Assembly (NCBI GenBank): GCA_001179505.1
Contig: CDMY01000469.1
Location: 6,467 to 70,466, forward strand
Source of the DNA: Vitrella brassicaformis CCMP3155
Taxonomy: Eukaryota; Protista; Chromerida
Direction of reading: 5' to 3'
Length of the DNA: 64,000 bases
Positions 1 through 12,635 of this stretch are shown one piece after another. The notes under the pieces were generated by a model. It was not told where the DNA came from and made no database searches. It worked only from the letters and a program-made list of their open reading frames with translations. The position numbers were made by a program, and so were the translations under genes. Numbering within the stretch: the first letter of the stretch is position 1; each line of letters opens with the position of its first letter.

Positions 1-1755
1 GACACATCAAAGCTGGCGAAGGAAGTGCCGGTCAGTCTACAGACACCCACTCACTCTCCTGCGAACACATGTACGTGTGTATGTGTGTGTCGGTCATCGA
101 TCAGGCGTTGAATGTGTACATGGCCAAGAGTGCCGTCACGAGCCTCGACCACCACTGGAGCAGACACCTACTCGGTCACCATCGCAGCCACACACACAAC
201 AAATGCCTACACACACATCCACTCATCCCTGTGTGTGTGTGTGCAGTGTCGACAGGCGACACGGTTGACATATGGGATCACCACCGGAGTGCGCCCATCC
301 AGTCGTTCGAGTGGGGATGCGACTCAGTCATATGCGCAAGATTCAACCCTGCTGAGGTTAATGGACATCCTACGTGTCTACGTGTCAGTGTCATGCCTCT
401 CGCTTTCTGTGTGTCTGTGTGCAGCCGTGTCTGATCGCGTCCACTGCATCTGACAACACAGTCGGCCTCTACGGTGTGGATGAATGGATACACGCACATG
501 TGTACATGGTGATCTGTTTCTCTGCTCTTTCGTTAGATTTGCGTGGAAGCTCACCGATAAGGAAAGTGCTCTTGAAGGTATTTGCCCACGCAGAGGACAC
601 ATAAATCACATACACACGTGTGTGTGTGGCCCTCTGTGCATCAGATGCGGTCCAACGCAGTGAGCTGGAACCCCATGGAGCCACTCAACTTCACTGTGGT
701 GCGCACACCTGCAGACAGGCACCTGACGTGTGTTGGTCCATCGGGGTGTGTGTGGAGGATGCAGGCGAATGAGGACTGCCATCTGTACACATTTGACATG
801 CGCAAGCTGGACATAGCCCTCAACCTCCACAGGGACTTCACAAACGCCGTGTACGCATGGCATCCACACACACTCATGTCCAGGCACAACACAATGTACG
901 TGTGGATCTCTCTCTCTCTCTCTCTCTTAGGTTGGATGTGGACTACTCCCCGTCTGGGCGAGAGTTCGTCGCTGCCTCATACGACAGAACGGTACACCCA
1001 CTCCGACATCCCATCCATCTCACCTACACACAATATCCATGAATGCCTGAATGTGTGTCGTGTTTATCAGATTCGCATCTTCCGTGTGTCCGAGAGCCGC
1101 AGCCGTGAGGTCTACCACGCCAAGAGGATGCAGCGGGTCCTCTGCTGCAGATTCACTGCCGACACCAGATACGTCGTATCAGGTACGTACACATAAAGAC
1201 ACATGTGTGCATCCATCCATCCATGCGTATGCGTGGGTGTGTGTGCAGGTTCTGAGGACACCAATGTGAGGGTGTGGAAGGCAGAGGCGTCCAAGCCTCT
1301 GGGACCGGTCAGTGAGTGATCCCACACTGGGTGGGCAATGATATCTCTGTGTGTGCATTACATTGTGTGGTGCAGCGGCCGTTTCGCGAGCGTCAGGCGA
1401 TGGCCTATCGCGACGCACTGAAGCGGAAATTCCAACACCTCAAGGAAATCAGACGAATCGCACGGTACAGACACACACACACAGGCGCGCATCTGCATCA
1501 TGTGTGTGTCGATTGACTGTGTCTGCTGTAGGCATCGTCACGTGCCGTCTCTGATCAAGAAGCACACAGAGAAGAGGAGAATCATGGCGCAGGCCAAAAA
1601 GAGAAAGGTACGCCACACACAAACAAACCTGCGCACGCACAACCAGTTGTGTCACCATGTGTGTGTAGGAGGAGAATTTGCGTCGTCACTCCCGGCCTGG
1701 TGCGGTGCCCTTCGAGTCCGTCAGGAGGAAACCCATCAAGAAACAAATCGAGTAG
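1..1755 (+). CDS. DCAF13: DCAF13/WDSOF1 (Sof1) WD40 U3 snoRNP/SSU processome protein, 3' part of a multi-exon gene (5' end outside window)
   Basis: Exons read IWDHHRSAPIQSFEWGCDSVICARFNPAE, MRSNAVSWNPMEPLNFTV, ANEDCHLYTFDMRKL, LDVDYSPSGREFVAASYDRT, YHAKRMQRV and HRHVPSLIKK (Sof1 C-terminus), separated by GT-AG introns; TAG at 1753-1755. Confidence 0.93.
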
Positions 1756-2247
1756 TGACCGTACATGTGCCGTCTCTCTCGTGTGTGTATGTCGTGTGTA
1801 CAGACAACATTTGTGTGTTGCATGTGGACATCTGTGGCTTTTGTTGACATCTCGCCTGAGCGAACACCGTTGTCAAATGCGTCGCACACATGACAACACA
1901 CACGCCTTAAGCAAAGTCGAGACAGCGATACATAGGAAGGCCATAGGCGCACGGAGCCATTGATATATGACGTACAGCCAGTCAGCCAGCCCGAGACAGA
2001 CACACACAAACATGTCCAATCGACAAGATACTGATAAGAGTGTTAAGATGGCGTGTCAGTCAATGTTAAAAACTTGAAATATCACTCCATTGACTCCAAT
2101 GCACATATGGATGCGTGTGGGTCCTCAGACATATGGGTGCACTCAGATGCCTCGTAAGTAACGACACAAGGCACCAACAATACAAACACAGGCCCCCAGA
2201 CACATCACACACAACAGCCAGTGAGCCAGCCAAGAGAGATACGCTCA

Positions 2248-2400
2248 CTATCACAGGGCACCAGCAGGGAAACACACCAACACACCCCGATTCTGCAGCC
2301 ACTGATGCAGACCTCCCAGCTGCTGCCCCGCCTGTTTGGGTAGCTTCTGTCCCGATTACCATCGGGTAGGGTGTGGCTGTGCTCCTACTGGGGCCAAGCT
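2248..2400 (-). pseudogene. Relic of the C-terminal cap of the MORN gene family
   Basis: Minus strand reads RW*SGQKLPKQ...LHQWLQNRGVLVCFPAGAL-TGA-TAG, matching the LHQWLQSRGVSGYFPAGAL-TGA-TAG end of full copies; internal stop, no upstream MORN repeats. Confidence 0.75.
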
Positions 2401-2807
2401 AGCACTCCCTTCGGTTCCGGTTCTCAAGCCGGGGCTGTCCCGACACCCCGACGGAGGAGGGAACGGTGAGTCAATGACGAGCAATTGGACATGAGTACGA
2501 GGAACGGCGGCGAGGAACGAACGCCTGCATCTGTGTCAGGTCAACATGCGGTTCAGAATCTTTCTGCGCCACCTGCGGGCCGACACGCTGCAACACAGGT
2601 ATCGATGAACGCAAACACGACGCCTGTGAATGCCTTTCGCGCACCATCATGCCCAATCACACAAGTTCTGGGATGGGATCTCACTTCGTCGATGGGATGC
2701 CGCTTCGTCACATGCTTGCTCGTGTGGCTGTCAACTGAGTACTTTCAGGTCCATATGGGTCTCTCCACCGCATTGACTCTTTAGATGAGACATGCGACAA
2801 CAACGTC

Positions 2808-4772
2808 ATGGCATCCACACAGACCGGGGATGGTAAGATATGCCAGTCGATGAGGCCAACTCACTGGAAGGTGGGTGTTTTGTCAGTAGCTGGTCGCCTT
2901 CTTACGGACGGGTGTCCTGCGGGACTCACATGCAACGTTCCCACCTGTTTGAAGTGTATATCGAAGGGTGCTCTTGGCGGCGGGGAGTGCTATCGTGTCG
3001 TCCGACAGGGCACTAAACGAAAACCAAAAGTCAATGATAAAATCGTCGTCGACAAGTGTGACGATTGCCCATCATCACTGTGTGAGTGGAGGCATCCTAA
3101 CATCTGCAGTATTCCTCTTTTATTCCTTGTCTGTCTGCAGGTCGTGAGGACGTCGATGCCTGCAGCGTACGGTGGCGTGAGTACCCCTACGGGGACGATC
3201 AGCGTAATTGGCTAGTGTGTACAATGGCCCATGACTGGCAAATGCCGTCGGTGCGCGTGGGAGATGTGATAGAATGGGTCTCCAAATCGACGGCGGCGGT
3301 CCCTTCCAAATCGAGAAGTGTGTTGGTTGCCTGTTATCACCCTCATGACTCGCTCTCTTGTGTTATCGTCCGCGATGCCTTCACTACGACGCACAACGGC
3401 ATCACGGCTCGCATGGGGACCTTCCAATGCTCGGGTGTGAACAACGCCTTCGGCCACACGCTTGAGCTCGTGGACATCAAATATTATGGGAATATTCCAA
3501 GCGGCACCTATGACGGCTCTGTGTGGCGCGATGGGAGGTTCCTGGAGAAGCCTGGTATCTGGCTTTCTCACCAGATCCAGGATACTCCGTCCACGATTTG
3601 CCAAGGCACTTATGTCGAGAACTCGAATGGCTGCATCCTTGTTGGCGAGGGAATAGCGCTGGACGACGAAAAGGGGCCGATGGTGACGGCGAGTGAAGAT
3701 ACCATGAATGCCATACTCGAGGGGGTGGATATTGAAGGCACCAAGGAAGAGGACTGTCCCCCCCAATCTCTTACGATTCGGAATATCACTATCACAATCC
3801 ACACACCCTGTTCTGAGGGCCTTCCTATCAGAGTACCTGAAAGGGGTGACATATGCTATCGCATCGTGCGGCAGGCTGAGGACTACCTATGGTACTGGGA
3901 GCGTGGGATTGTGAAGGGATTGCCGGGGCCATCACCCAAACTCACTGATACTGTCACGTTCGAAGAATGTGAGTCACAGAGACATCAGCACCTGCAGCAC
4001 CCCTCTCTCCGTACATCCAACTGTCGTTGGTTGCTATCTGTCTTGTCTGGTTGCAGGGTTCACCTCAGCACCGTGGTGGCCTGCAGGCGACGCCGGATTT
4101 ATGAGAGAGCGAAGGGAGGTACCCATGTCTGAGATTCCCGAGGACGATGGGATTCGCGATATAGCTCTGTCGCTGCGCGTGGGAGACAAAGTGGAGTACT
4201 TCTATCCAGAGCAGCCCTCCCCTATATTTGAAGTCCGCTTCGTGGCCTGCAGCTGCCTCTCTACCCTCTCTTGTGTCATCACCCGCGATGCATCCCCAAC
4301 CACACACAACAACATCACGGCTCGCTTGGGGACCTTTCAATGCTCGGGCGTCAACAGCGCCTCCGGCCACACGCTCGAGCTCGAAAACCAACTGAAGGGG
4401 CATATTCCAACCGGCACCTATGATGGCTATGTGAGGCGTGATCCGGGATCGAAGAACCTGGGCCCTCGCATCGAGCTGAAGAATGTGGATGGCTTCGAGC
4501 GCATCCAGATTCACGAAGGCAACTACGTCCGCAACACGGAGGCCTGCATCCTCCCTGGCACACGAAGAGCCATGCATGACATAGAGGGACCGATGGTGAA
4601 GGATAGCAAACCCACCATGAAGGCCATACTGGAGGGGGTGGAGGACAAGAACACCAAGATCATCATCACAGTCCAGGGGGGCGATCAGACAACTGCTGAC
4701 GCAGCGAAGCACACGGGCAAGTCATGGTGGGGCGGGGTGGCAATGGCGGTGCTCATGTGGGCGATGCTGTAG
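2808..4772 (+). CDS. Three-exon protein (~605 aa) with two tandem DUF5675-like (YkuD/L,D-transpeptidase-like) domains and a hydrophobic C-terminal tail
   Basis: Phase-1 introns 3082-3140 and 3969-4056 (GTGAGT...CAG) join three ORFs in frame (exons 274+828+716 nt). Domain 2: GHTLE...IPTGTYDG...LKNVDGFERIQIHEGNYVRNTEACILPG; domain 1: GHTLE...IPSGTYDG...ICQGTYVENSNGCILVG. Confidence 0.75.
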
Positions 4773-5286
4773 CCATTGTTCAGCTGAAGACATGGATATG
4801 CACATCCGCGGTGGGTGCGTGTGATGTGCTTTGGTACACGCATGCTGCAGTTGGTGTGTTTGGGGCGCTGCATGGTAGGGATAATCAGGCTGCTGTGCAG
4901 ACAGGTTAAATGTGGCTGAGAGAGGTTTAAAGTGTTCTCGCGTATAGACTCATTCACTTTCTGCTCGTCTTTTTCCCTATGTCCCCTATATCTCTCATCG
5001 CTGAACGGAACTTTTCCTTCTACCTTTGGCGCGGGGTTTCTATCAGAGCAGTCGCCACATGTGTGCACGTCCTTGCAAGACGCTCTGCGCCAGTGTAATA
5101 TTCTTTCAATCAATTTTGCAGCGCATGGAAGGGTCATGCGATTCCTCTTGAGATGGAGATACAACTCACACGAACACTTGAGATGGTGAATTGCGCAATT
5201 CAATGGATTTTTGATCGATCCAAGTACGCACTGAGCCATCCTCACACACGGACACGGAATGGAGACGTGTGTGGTGTTGTGTCTTG

Positions 5287-5630
5287 CGTGTGTCGATTGT
5301 GTCTGTCGTAGGCATCGTCACGTGCCGTCTCTGATCAAGAAGCACACAGAGAAGAGGAGAATCATGGCGCAGGCCAAAAAGAGAAAGGTACGCCACACAC
5401 AAACAAACCTGCGCACGCACAACCAGTTGTGTCACCATGTGTGTGTGTAGGAGGAGAATTTGCGTCGTCACTCCCGGCCTGGTGCGGTGCCCTTCGAGTC
5501 CGTCAGGAGGAAACCCATCAAGAAACAAATCGAGTAGTGACCGTACATGTGCCGTCTCTCTCGTGTGTGTGTGTGTGTGTGTGTGATGTGTGTACAGACA
5601 GCCTTTTGTGTGTGTGATGCATCTGGACAT
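5287..5630 (+). pseudogene. Duplicated last two exons, intron and 3' flank of DCAF13
   Basis: Near-identical to 1503-1830; exon text appears identical and the intron differs by one GT unit; no upstream DCAF13 exons. Confidence 0.9.
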
Positions 5631-5913
5631 GTGTGAGACGTCACTGTTAAAATCTTCTGTGATTCCTTGATGACGTCACTGGAAACAGAGGGCGTTCGTT
5701 CGAGGCATCAACACACTGAGTCTCACACATGACGACAAGATCACTCACCCACGTCTTCACCCACGTCTTACCAAACACACCGAACAGACAGACGCAAGCT
5801 CGTCAAACAGACTAGCACACTTAAAACAACGTGTTCAATCGAGCCACTGACAGAATGGGACAAAAAAGCAACCTCTCTCTCCCTCACGTCCGTCTCCCCC
5901 GGCCCAACATTGA

Positions 5914-7486
5914 TCAAGAGATGCAGCAGATAGCAGATGCAGTCTCCCGCCCTGATGCTGCCGTCTTAGCAGATGCAGTCTCCCGCCCTGATGCTGCCGT
6001 CTGAGGAAGCGCCCCCTCAGGCAAATACCGATCCACCCAACACCTGGGTATCAGCAGCGTTTCCAGGAAGGCATGCAGCTTGACCTTGCACCCTCCCACT
6101 TTCGCGTCAGGTATTTCTTCTCCCGTCTCCCACGGGATGGGTGTCATGGGCCACACGGGGGTGCCGTCGGGAAACATCTGTCCACGGCAAGTCCCGTTTG
6201 GGAAAAGCGTCCCCTTCACAATCTGGTTGTCCCTCCATTCTCCCTCGAACCACAACACAGGACCGTCGTACTGGTAGTATGCCTTCCCCTGGCCGTGTCG
6301 CTTTCCGTCCGCCCACTCGCCCTCATAGGTAGCCATTCCTCCATCGTCGAGTGCCTTTCCACGGCCGTGCCGCTTGCCGTGCTCCCACTGGCCCTCGTAT
6401 TTAACACGGCCCTGTGTGTCGAACTCCTCGCCGTGGCCACGGCCGTTAGTCCATTGACCCTTAAAGATGACGTTGTCATGGTGGTCTCGCAGCTCCCCCT
6501 CGCCGTGTGGTCTGCCATCGAGCGTGGGGCCATGATAAAAATGGCCCTCCCACCACATGCCCGTCGCCACGCCAGCTCCCTTCTTCTCTCCATTGACCCA
6601 CACGCCCTCGTAGGTCACCCTGCCGCCAGTGAGCTCCTTGCCATGGCCATGCCGTTTGCCGTTCCGCCAGTCACCGCTGTAGATGACATTGTTGTCGCGG
6701 CGGTCTCGCAACTCGCCCTGGCCGTGAGGTTTGCCGTCGAGAGTCGGGCCGACAAAATAGCCGTCTTTTTCCCACCGCATGCCCGTCGCCACGCCAGCTC
6801 CCTTCTTCTCCCCTCTCACCCACACGCCCGTGTAGGTCACCTCGCCGTTAGTGAACTCCTCACCATGGCCGTGCCGCTTGCCGTCCACGAAATCGCCCTC
6901 GTAGACCATCTGGCCGTCCGATGCGTATTCGATGCCCTTGGCGTGCCGTTTGCCGCCCTTCCACTCTCTCTCATATCGCTTCCTCTCGCCGTCCAGCAAC
7001 CACAAAATGCCCCATCCGTGCGGCATCTCAGTGCCACCCACTTTGCAGATGGAGCCGTAGTAGACACTGCCCTCGTACATGATCGTGCGGTCAACGCTTT
7101 CGGCTTCCTGCTCGGCAGCACCTTTCGCTTGCAGCCGCTCTCTTGCAACGTCAAGTTCGGCCTCGGCTTGCTGAGCCCGTTGCATCCATTCATCCCTCTC
7201 TTTTCTGTGCTCGTCTCCCTCCTTTTTGTAGTCGTCTCTTTCCTTCTTGTAGGCATCTCTCTGGGTCTCGAGCTCCTCAATTCGTTTGTTGAACTGCTCG
7301 CGCTCACTGTCCATCGAACGACTGATATCTGAGTACACATTGCGTGTTCTTCATGGTGCGTGTGAATGCGTGTCTGTCGCATTACTTACCATCGACGATA
7401 TTCTGCAGTGTCTCCCTGTCGTCGACATCCGTCACCGACGGGATCGCACACGTGCGAGCATCTGATGGGCTCAGCAGACCAGCCAT
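5914..7486 (-). CDS. Coiled-coil + MORN-repeat protein, copy 1 (apparently intact)
   Basis: 97-nt first exon (ATG 7486, phase-1 donor at 7389) spliced to the long ORF with many YEGEWxxGKRHGxG repeats and a PVLWFEGEW...LFP cap. Confidence 0.85.
5931..6002 (-). repeat. 36-nt tandem duplication extending the C-terminus of MORN copy 1
   Basis: agcagatgcagtctcccgccctgatgctgccgtct occurs twice, encoding TAASGRETASA x2. Confidence 0.85.
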
Positions 7487-8199
7487 CACGGGCCGGTGCC
7501 TGCCAGCCATCGTGACAAGGAGGGATCATGCAGCTACACGGATAAGGCGAGAAGGTTCAGAAAATTTGGGGCCTACCGTGCACGCAGAGATCACACAAAG
7601 ACGAGAGTCTCGATCGCTCAGAATGCATCACCTGAAAAGCGGATCACAGCTCAGAAGCTGAGACGCGTTACGGTACTATGTGCTGATCCGCATCTTGTGT
7701 GTGGTCTGTTTCTCATATGGATGGGTGCCTACCAGGAGATGAGTTGAAATCGTGAAACTGCTGATGCGGAGGCTTCTACACACCCCACACTGTCTGAACC
7801 ACACAGACCATGAAGATCAGTGAGTCAGACACGGTGGATGTGCGGTGGGGCTCAGTGGGGCTCACCTGGAAAGTGTTTGTCTGGACTCACTCTTCCCTAG
7901 CGCAGGCCCTTCGATTGCTTTCTTCGGCAGCCGCGGTTGTGAAAACCCTGAGACCCCAGACCCGAAACCCTGCGGCCTCCGCGCCCTCCACTCTCCCCTC
8001 TCTCACCGCCGCACGTGAAGGACTGCAAAAGACCTCACCTGGATCTGCCCTGCCCACCTCCCCATCAGCTCATCTCACCTTATTCGACCGCCCAGCGACT
8101 TCCCATCTCTCAGCGCCTGTTAGCCACCGGAGTATCCCATCTGGCCCTCAACCAGCCGCACTGCAACTGACTGCCCGGCCTCTCAATTGCCCGTCAGCT

Positions 8200-8874
8200 A
8201 TGGCCCTCATCTCCCGCCTGATGCTCCTGCTTGCGGCCTCTCTGCTGGTGGCCGTGTGGATGCCGTCGACCGCCGTGGCCATGGCTGCCGACGAGGCCCT
8301 CCCGACTGGCCCCCCTGCCGCTGCTGATGACGATGGCCTGACGACTGTGGACGACCAGCTTCTGCTGAGCGATGAGGATGGCGATGAGCCGTTGGTGTCG
8401 TCTGGTGGTCTGCGGGGTTTGCAGTCGTGCATTGCCTCTTACTCAAAGAAACAGTGCAAGAAGACCTCTCACTGCTGCTCGCACAAGTAGGGCAAAGGGA
8501 AGAGGGAGAGCCATGGCGATGCGTGTGTTGATGTGTGTGTGTGTGTGTGTGTGTCTGCAGCTGTGTGAACGGCCAGTGCCGTAAGGGCGGCGATCTGAAT
8601 GACATTGGCCATGGCTGTCGATATGACAACGACTGCCACTCACATTGGTGCACGAATGGCAAATGTGAGCCGCACACTCACACACAGAGGGGGCAATGTG
8701 GGCGTCATCCCTTCTGTGTGTGTGGTGTGTGATTTAGGCAAGGAGAGGGGCCACCATGACGACCACCATGACGACCACCATGACGACCATCGGTGCAAGA
8801 AAGACCATGATTGCAAGCGTGGCCATTACTGCTGGAAGAAACACCACGACCACAAATACGGCAAATGTGAGTGA
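8200..8874 (+). CDS. Small secreted Cys/His-rich protein (3 exons)
   Basis: Signal peptide MALISRLMLLLAASLLVAVWMPSTAVA; in-frame introns from 8487 and ~8667; motifs CRYDNDCHSHWCTNGKC, HHDDHHDDHHDDH, CKKDHDCKRGHYC. The end is uncertain because GTGAGT at the stop could be a donor. Confidence 0.7.
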
Positions 8875-9873
8875 CACAGGCAGACACAGTGGGCGGACAG
8901 ACAGACCTATGGGCCGTGTCCATCCACTGTGGCCATGTGTGTGTGGTCTTCAGGCCGTCGGCATTAGGCGTCCAACTCATTCAGACACTGCGGCTCGTGT
9001 GTCGTTGTTTGTTCATGTGTGAGTGGACGGCGCTGGTCTCGCTGTCTGTCTGTCTGTCTGTCTTACTGTGCCCAAGTTGTTTGTACAGTCAATCACGTGA
9101 CGTCTGTCTGTCTTTCAGTCTGCTGTGTCTTTGGTATTGTGTGGCTTTGCAGTCAGCGTGAATAAGGGCGGGGTCGGCGGGATGTCACTGGTTGGGGGCG
9201 GTGAGCCCTCAGGTGCATTCGTATTGCTTGTACTCAAGAGAGGGGCAGAGAGAATGGTGTGGTGAGTGTCGTGGGCATCAAAAGATGGCCACCACACACA
9301 CGTCTCAATTACACATGCAGTGGTGCATCTGGTGGTGGGGTGCATTCCTTCGTGGGCGTCTGCGGGACATACACACATACATGTAGTGTGGTGTGTGTGG
9401 GTAGTGCCCCTGCAAAGCATCGTGTGTGACATAGTAAGCTGACCTCACTCAACTTGGTGTGTGCTCCTTTGTGACCGGCAGACAGACACATTGAGGGAGA
9501 TTTTTTTTTCTTTTTTTTTTTGAACACATGGGGGGTGAGAAAGGGCTTTTTCCTTGATGTTGAAGGTCATTTGTCCTTGCAGTTTTCGTGTCGTTCCGGT
9601 TGGGTGGGTTTGGGGTGGACATTACACAAAGACAGGACTCACACGTGTCCGTTCCGTGTCTGTCTGTCTCTGTCTGTCCGTCGCTTTTATCCACTTGGTA
9701 TGTCTCATTAGCAGACCGCTTTTGCCTTACAAATACAAACCCGCCCAATCGACCTATAACCCCAAACAAACACACGAACAGCCGACACAAAAATAAAGTG
9801 GAAAGAAACAAAGAAAAATAGATATACACGTATATACCCATCGACACACGAGACACAGAGCCGCTTGCTTTTG

Positions 9874-11144
9874 TCACAGTGCTCCATCAGGAAAATACTT
9901 GGGCAGACCTTCCTCCCGCAGAAACTCTGCCAATGTCCATCCGCCCCCCAGATCCCTATTGGCTAGCTGCTGCCCCTCCTCCCAGCGAATGGGCTTGATG
10001 GGCCACGTAGGGGTGCCATCAGGTTTCTTCACTCCACACCAGTCGCCATCAGGGAAGAGGGTGCCCCTCTCGATGAGGCCTTGTTTCCATTGGCCCTCAA
10101 ACCACACCGGAGAACCAGCAGAAGGGCCGGCCGCCTTTCCCTGGCCGTGTCTCTTGCCATTCGCCCACTCGCCCGAATAGATGACTTTGTTGTTCTGGTA
10201 GTCTCGGAGCTCGCCCTGGCCGTGTGGCTTGCCGTCGAGTGTCTCGCCATGATAGAGACCCACTCCCAGTTCATTCCCGTCGCCACACCGGTTCCCGTCT
10301 TGTCTCCTTTGACCCACTCACCCTTGTAGGTCACCTTGCCGTGAATGCGCTCCTCCCCCTGGCCGTGCTGCTTTCCCTCCTTCCATCCGCCGTTGTAGAC
10401 AACGCCACCGCATTGGTGCACTTCCCCCTCGCCGTGCGGTTTGCCATCGAGTGTGGGGCCAGTGAAGAGGCCGAAATGCTGTCCTTTGGCGTCCTTGAGC
10501 GTCAGGTTGGTAATGTGGCCGTCTCCCTTCATCTCGTCATCCGCCCATTGACCCTCGTACACTGTCTGGCCGTGCTGATCGATGGTTGTCGATTTGCCCT
10601 GGCCGTGTCTCTTGTCGTCTTTCCACTCGCCCTCGTAGGCCTTGACAGTCTGCGGGCCGCTCGATGCGTATTCAGTGCCCTTCCCATCTCGCTTGCCGTC
10701 CTTCCACTCGCCCTCGTATCGCTTTCTCTCGCCGTCCAGCGACCGCAGCAGCCCCGTGCCGTGGGGCAGCTTCTCGCCGTCCACCGTGCGAATTGACCCA
10801 ACGTACTGACCCTCGTCGTAGATGATCGTGTGGGCCTCGCGGCTGTGAGCGCTCTCTTCCTCGTAGAGTCTCACTTTGGCTTCGAACTGCATGCATACGT
10901 ACACAAACAAACAAACATGTGTGGCTGTTTGTCGTTGTGTTCGGAGCCCTCTCTCTCAGCGGTTGGGTACCATTTCGCATCGGCATTTCCATTCGTCTCT
11001 CTCCTTTCTGTATTCGTCTCTTTGTCTGGTGACTTCGTCGATGAGCTGCTGCTTGGTCCGCAGGTGGTCCTCCAGCCGAGTCATCATCCGTCTCGAGTGG
11101 GGGGAGAGGCCGTTGGAGTCGTAGGGGCCAATTTCGTCACTCAT
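9874..11144 (-). pseudogene. MORN copy 2, frameshifted near 10255
   Basis: Coiled-coil exon (MSDEIGP...RDEWKCRCE) then MORN repeats; the frame shifts between GVATGMNWE and YHGETLDG (ORFs 10029-10910 and 9874-10317). Confidence 0.8.
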
Positions 11145-12635
11145 GTTGTAGAGAGGAACTTCAAGGAGAGATATGTGGGAGGGGGGAGTGGTTCGGGAAA
11201 AAGACTGGTTCAAGCTCGCAACGCAACGGAAAGTGGTGTTGCCTGGATGTGGTGGGGACGATCAGCCGGCGCCTATAGGCAACTGCACGAGCAACTGCAT
11301 TCATTAAAGGAACCAGTCGCTCACATGAATGGACGTGTTGGATGTGTTCTAGCCAGTGACAGCCAACCAGACACACGTGAGACACACACGCGCAGGCAGA
11401 CGAACGAACGAATCAACCGAGGCGGCCACGCAATACACGCAATCAGCCAGAACACACAGACACAGACACAGGTTAGACACACATGGACACATGCAGGCAT
11501 GCAGGTGGTATGTGGTGGTGGTGGGTCACAATGGCACGGCACTCACTCATGGATTCAGACAAGTGCGAAAAAGGCACTCAACTTATAGATAGCGATGTGG
11601 TGGTGTTAATATACGTGTGTGTGCGTGTGTGTATGTGTTGGTGTGGTCCTCTAAACAGATCCCCCCGCCCCCCCGCCCGCAGCACCCGCCCCACGTATGT
11701 GTGCCCTCGTCGAATTGACTGCTGCCTGCTAAACGTGGGGTGAGTGCATGAAGTGCACCATGGCTGGCGCGTTAAAAAAGCTGCGTACCTTTGTAGCATT
11801 GCCCCCGCTGGCTCGATGACGCATCAATCAGATGAAAAACACACAGCCCGATGGACGGATGATGGGGGTGTGCCTGTGTGCATGGGGTGTTCTGGCCGCC
11901 CGGCTGTGCACAGCACTCCACACACACATACATATCGGCGTGTACACGCACGCATTAGGTGTACGCGGCCATATACAGAGGTGTGTGCGTATGTGCGGAA
12001 AAAGAGTGCCCCGCCATTTGGTTCTGTGGGTGCGTACGTGCGTGCGGCCATGCACCCACACACACACACAGATGGCGAGACGTGGTTTGTGCAATCGGCT
12101 AGCTGACTCACCCACCTACCTCACCCGAACAGCACACCCCAGCACCCATCCATCCATCCATCCAGTTGTCCGCTTAATCCACACACACGTGCGTGTGCGC
12201 ACACACATTATGCACACACACACGGCGAATGAAGACGTTACGAATCGATACATGCCGACATACATGGCCACTGACTGCCTCTCCCCCTCGCTCTCACACA
12301 GACGCTCCTGGACTGCATGACGCCCCGCCGCCCCGATCAGCAACGCCCCTTTGGTTGTGTTACTTGGTTTGTTTCCCGAGCCCCCGACCGCCAGTAATAG
12401 ACTTCGCCCCGCCCCGCCCCCTCCCCTCCCCGTGTGTATGTCGTGTGTGCACCATACACGTCCGGATACGTTATACAGAGTAATCTCCCCTGTCTGTGTG
12501 CAAATATGCAGTCAATCAGTCAGTGAGTCGGTGCGAACAGACGGACACACACACACATCTGCGCTGATACATACACACACACATGTCGGTGCACACACAC
12601 ACACACACAGACAACCCCACACATCACTCCATCAC

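Noticed and set aside
2370-2470. GC-rich segment as a possible tRNA or other structured ncRNA
   Set aside because: No cloverleaf or box A/B pattern; partly explained as MORN relic on the minus strand.
6073-7332. Long antisense ORFs over MORN genes (also 10224-10796, 19147-19656, 59680-60480) and over the DUF5675-like gene
   Set aside because: Shadow ORFs from GC-rich, repetitive codon usage on the real coding strand; no protein-like motifs.
11200-12600. Many short HT/CV-rich ORFs here and throughout the window
   Set aside because: Translations of (CA/GT)n microsatellites in introns and intergenic DNA.
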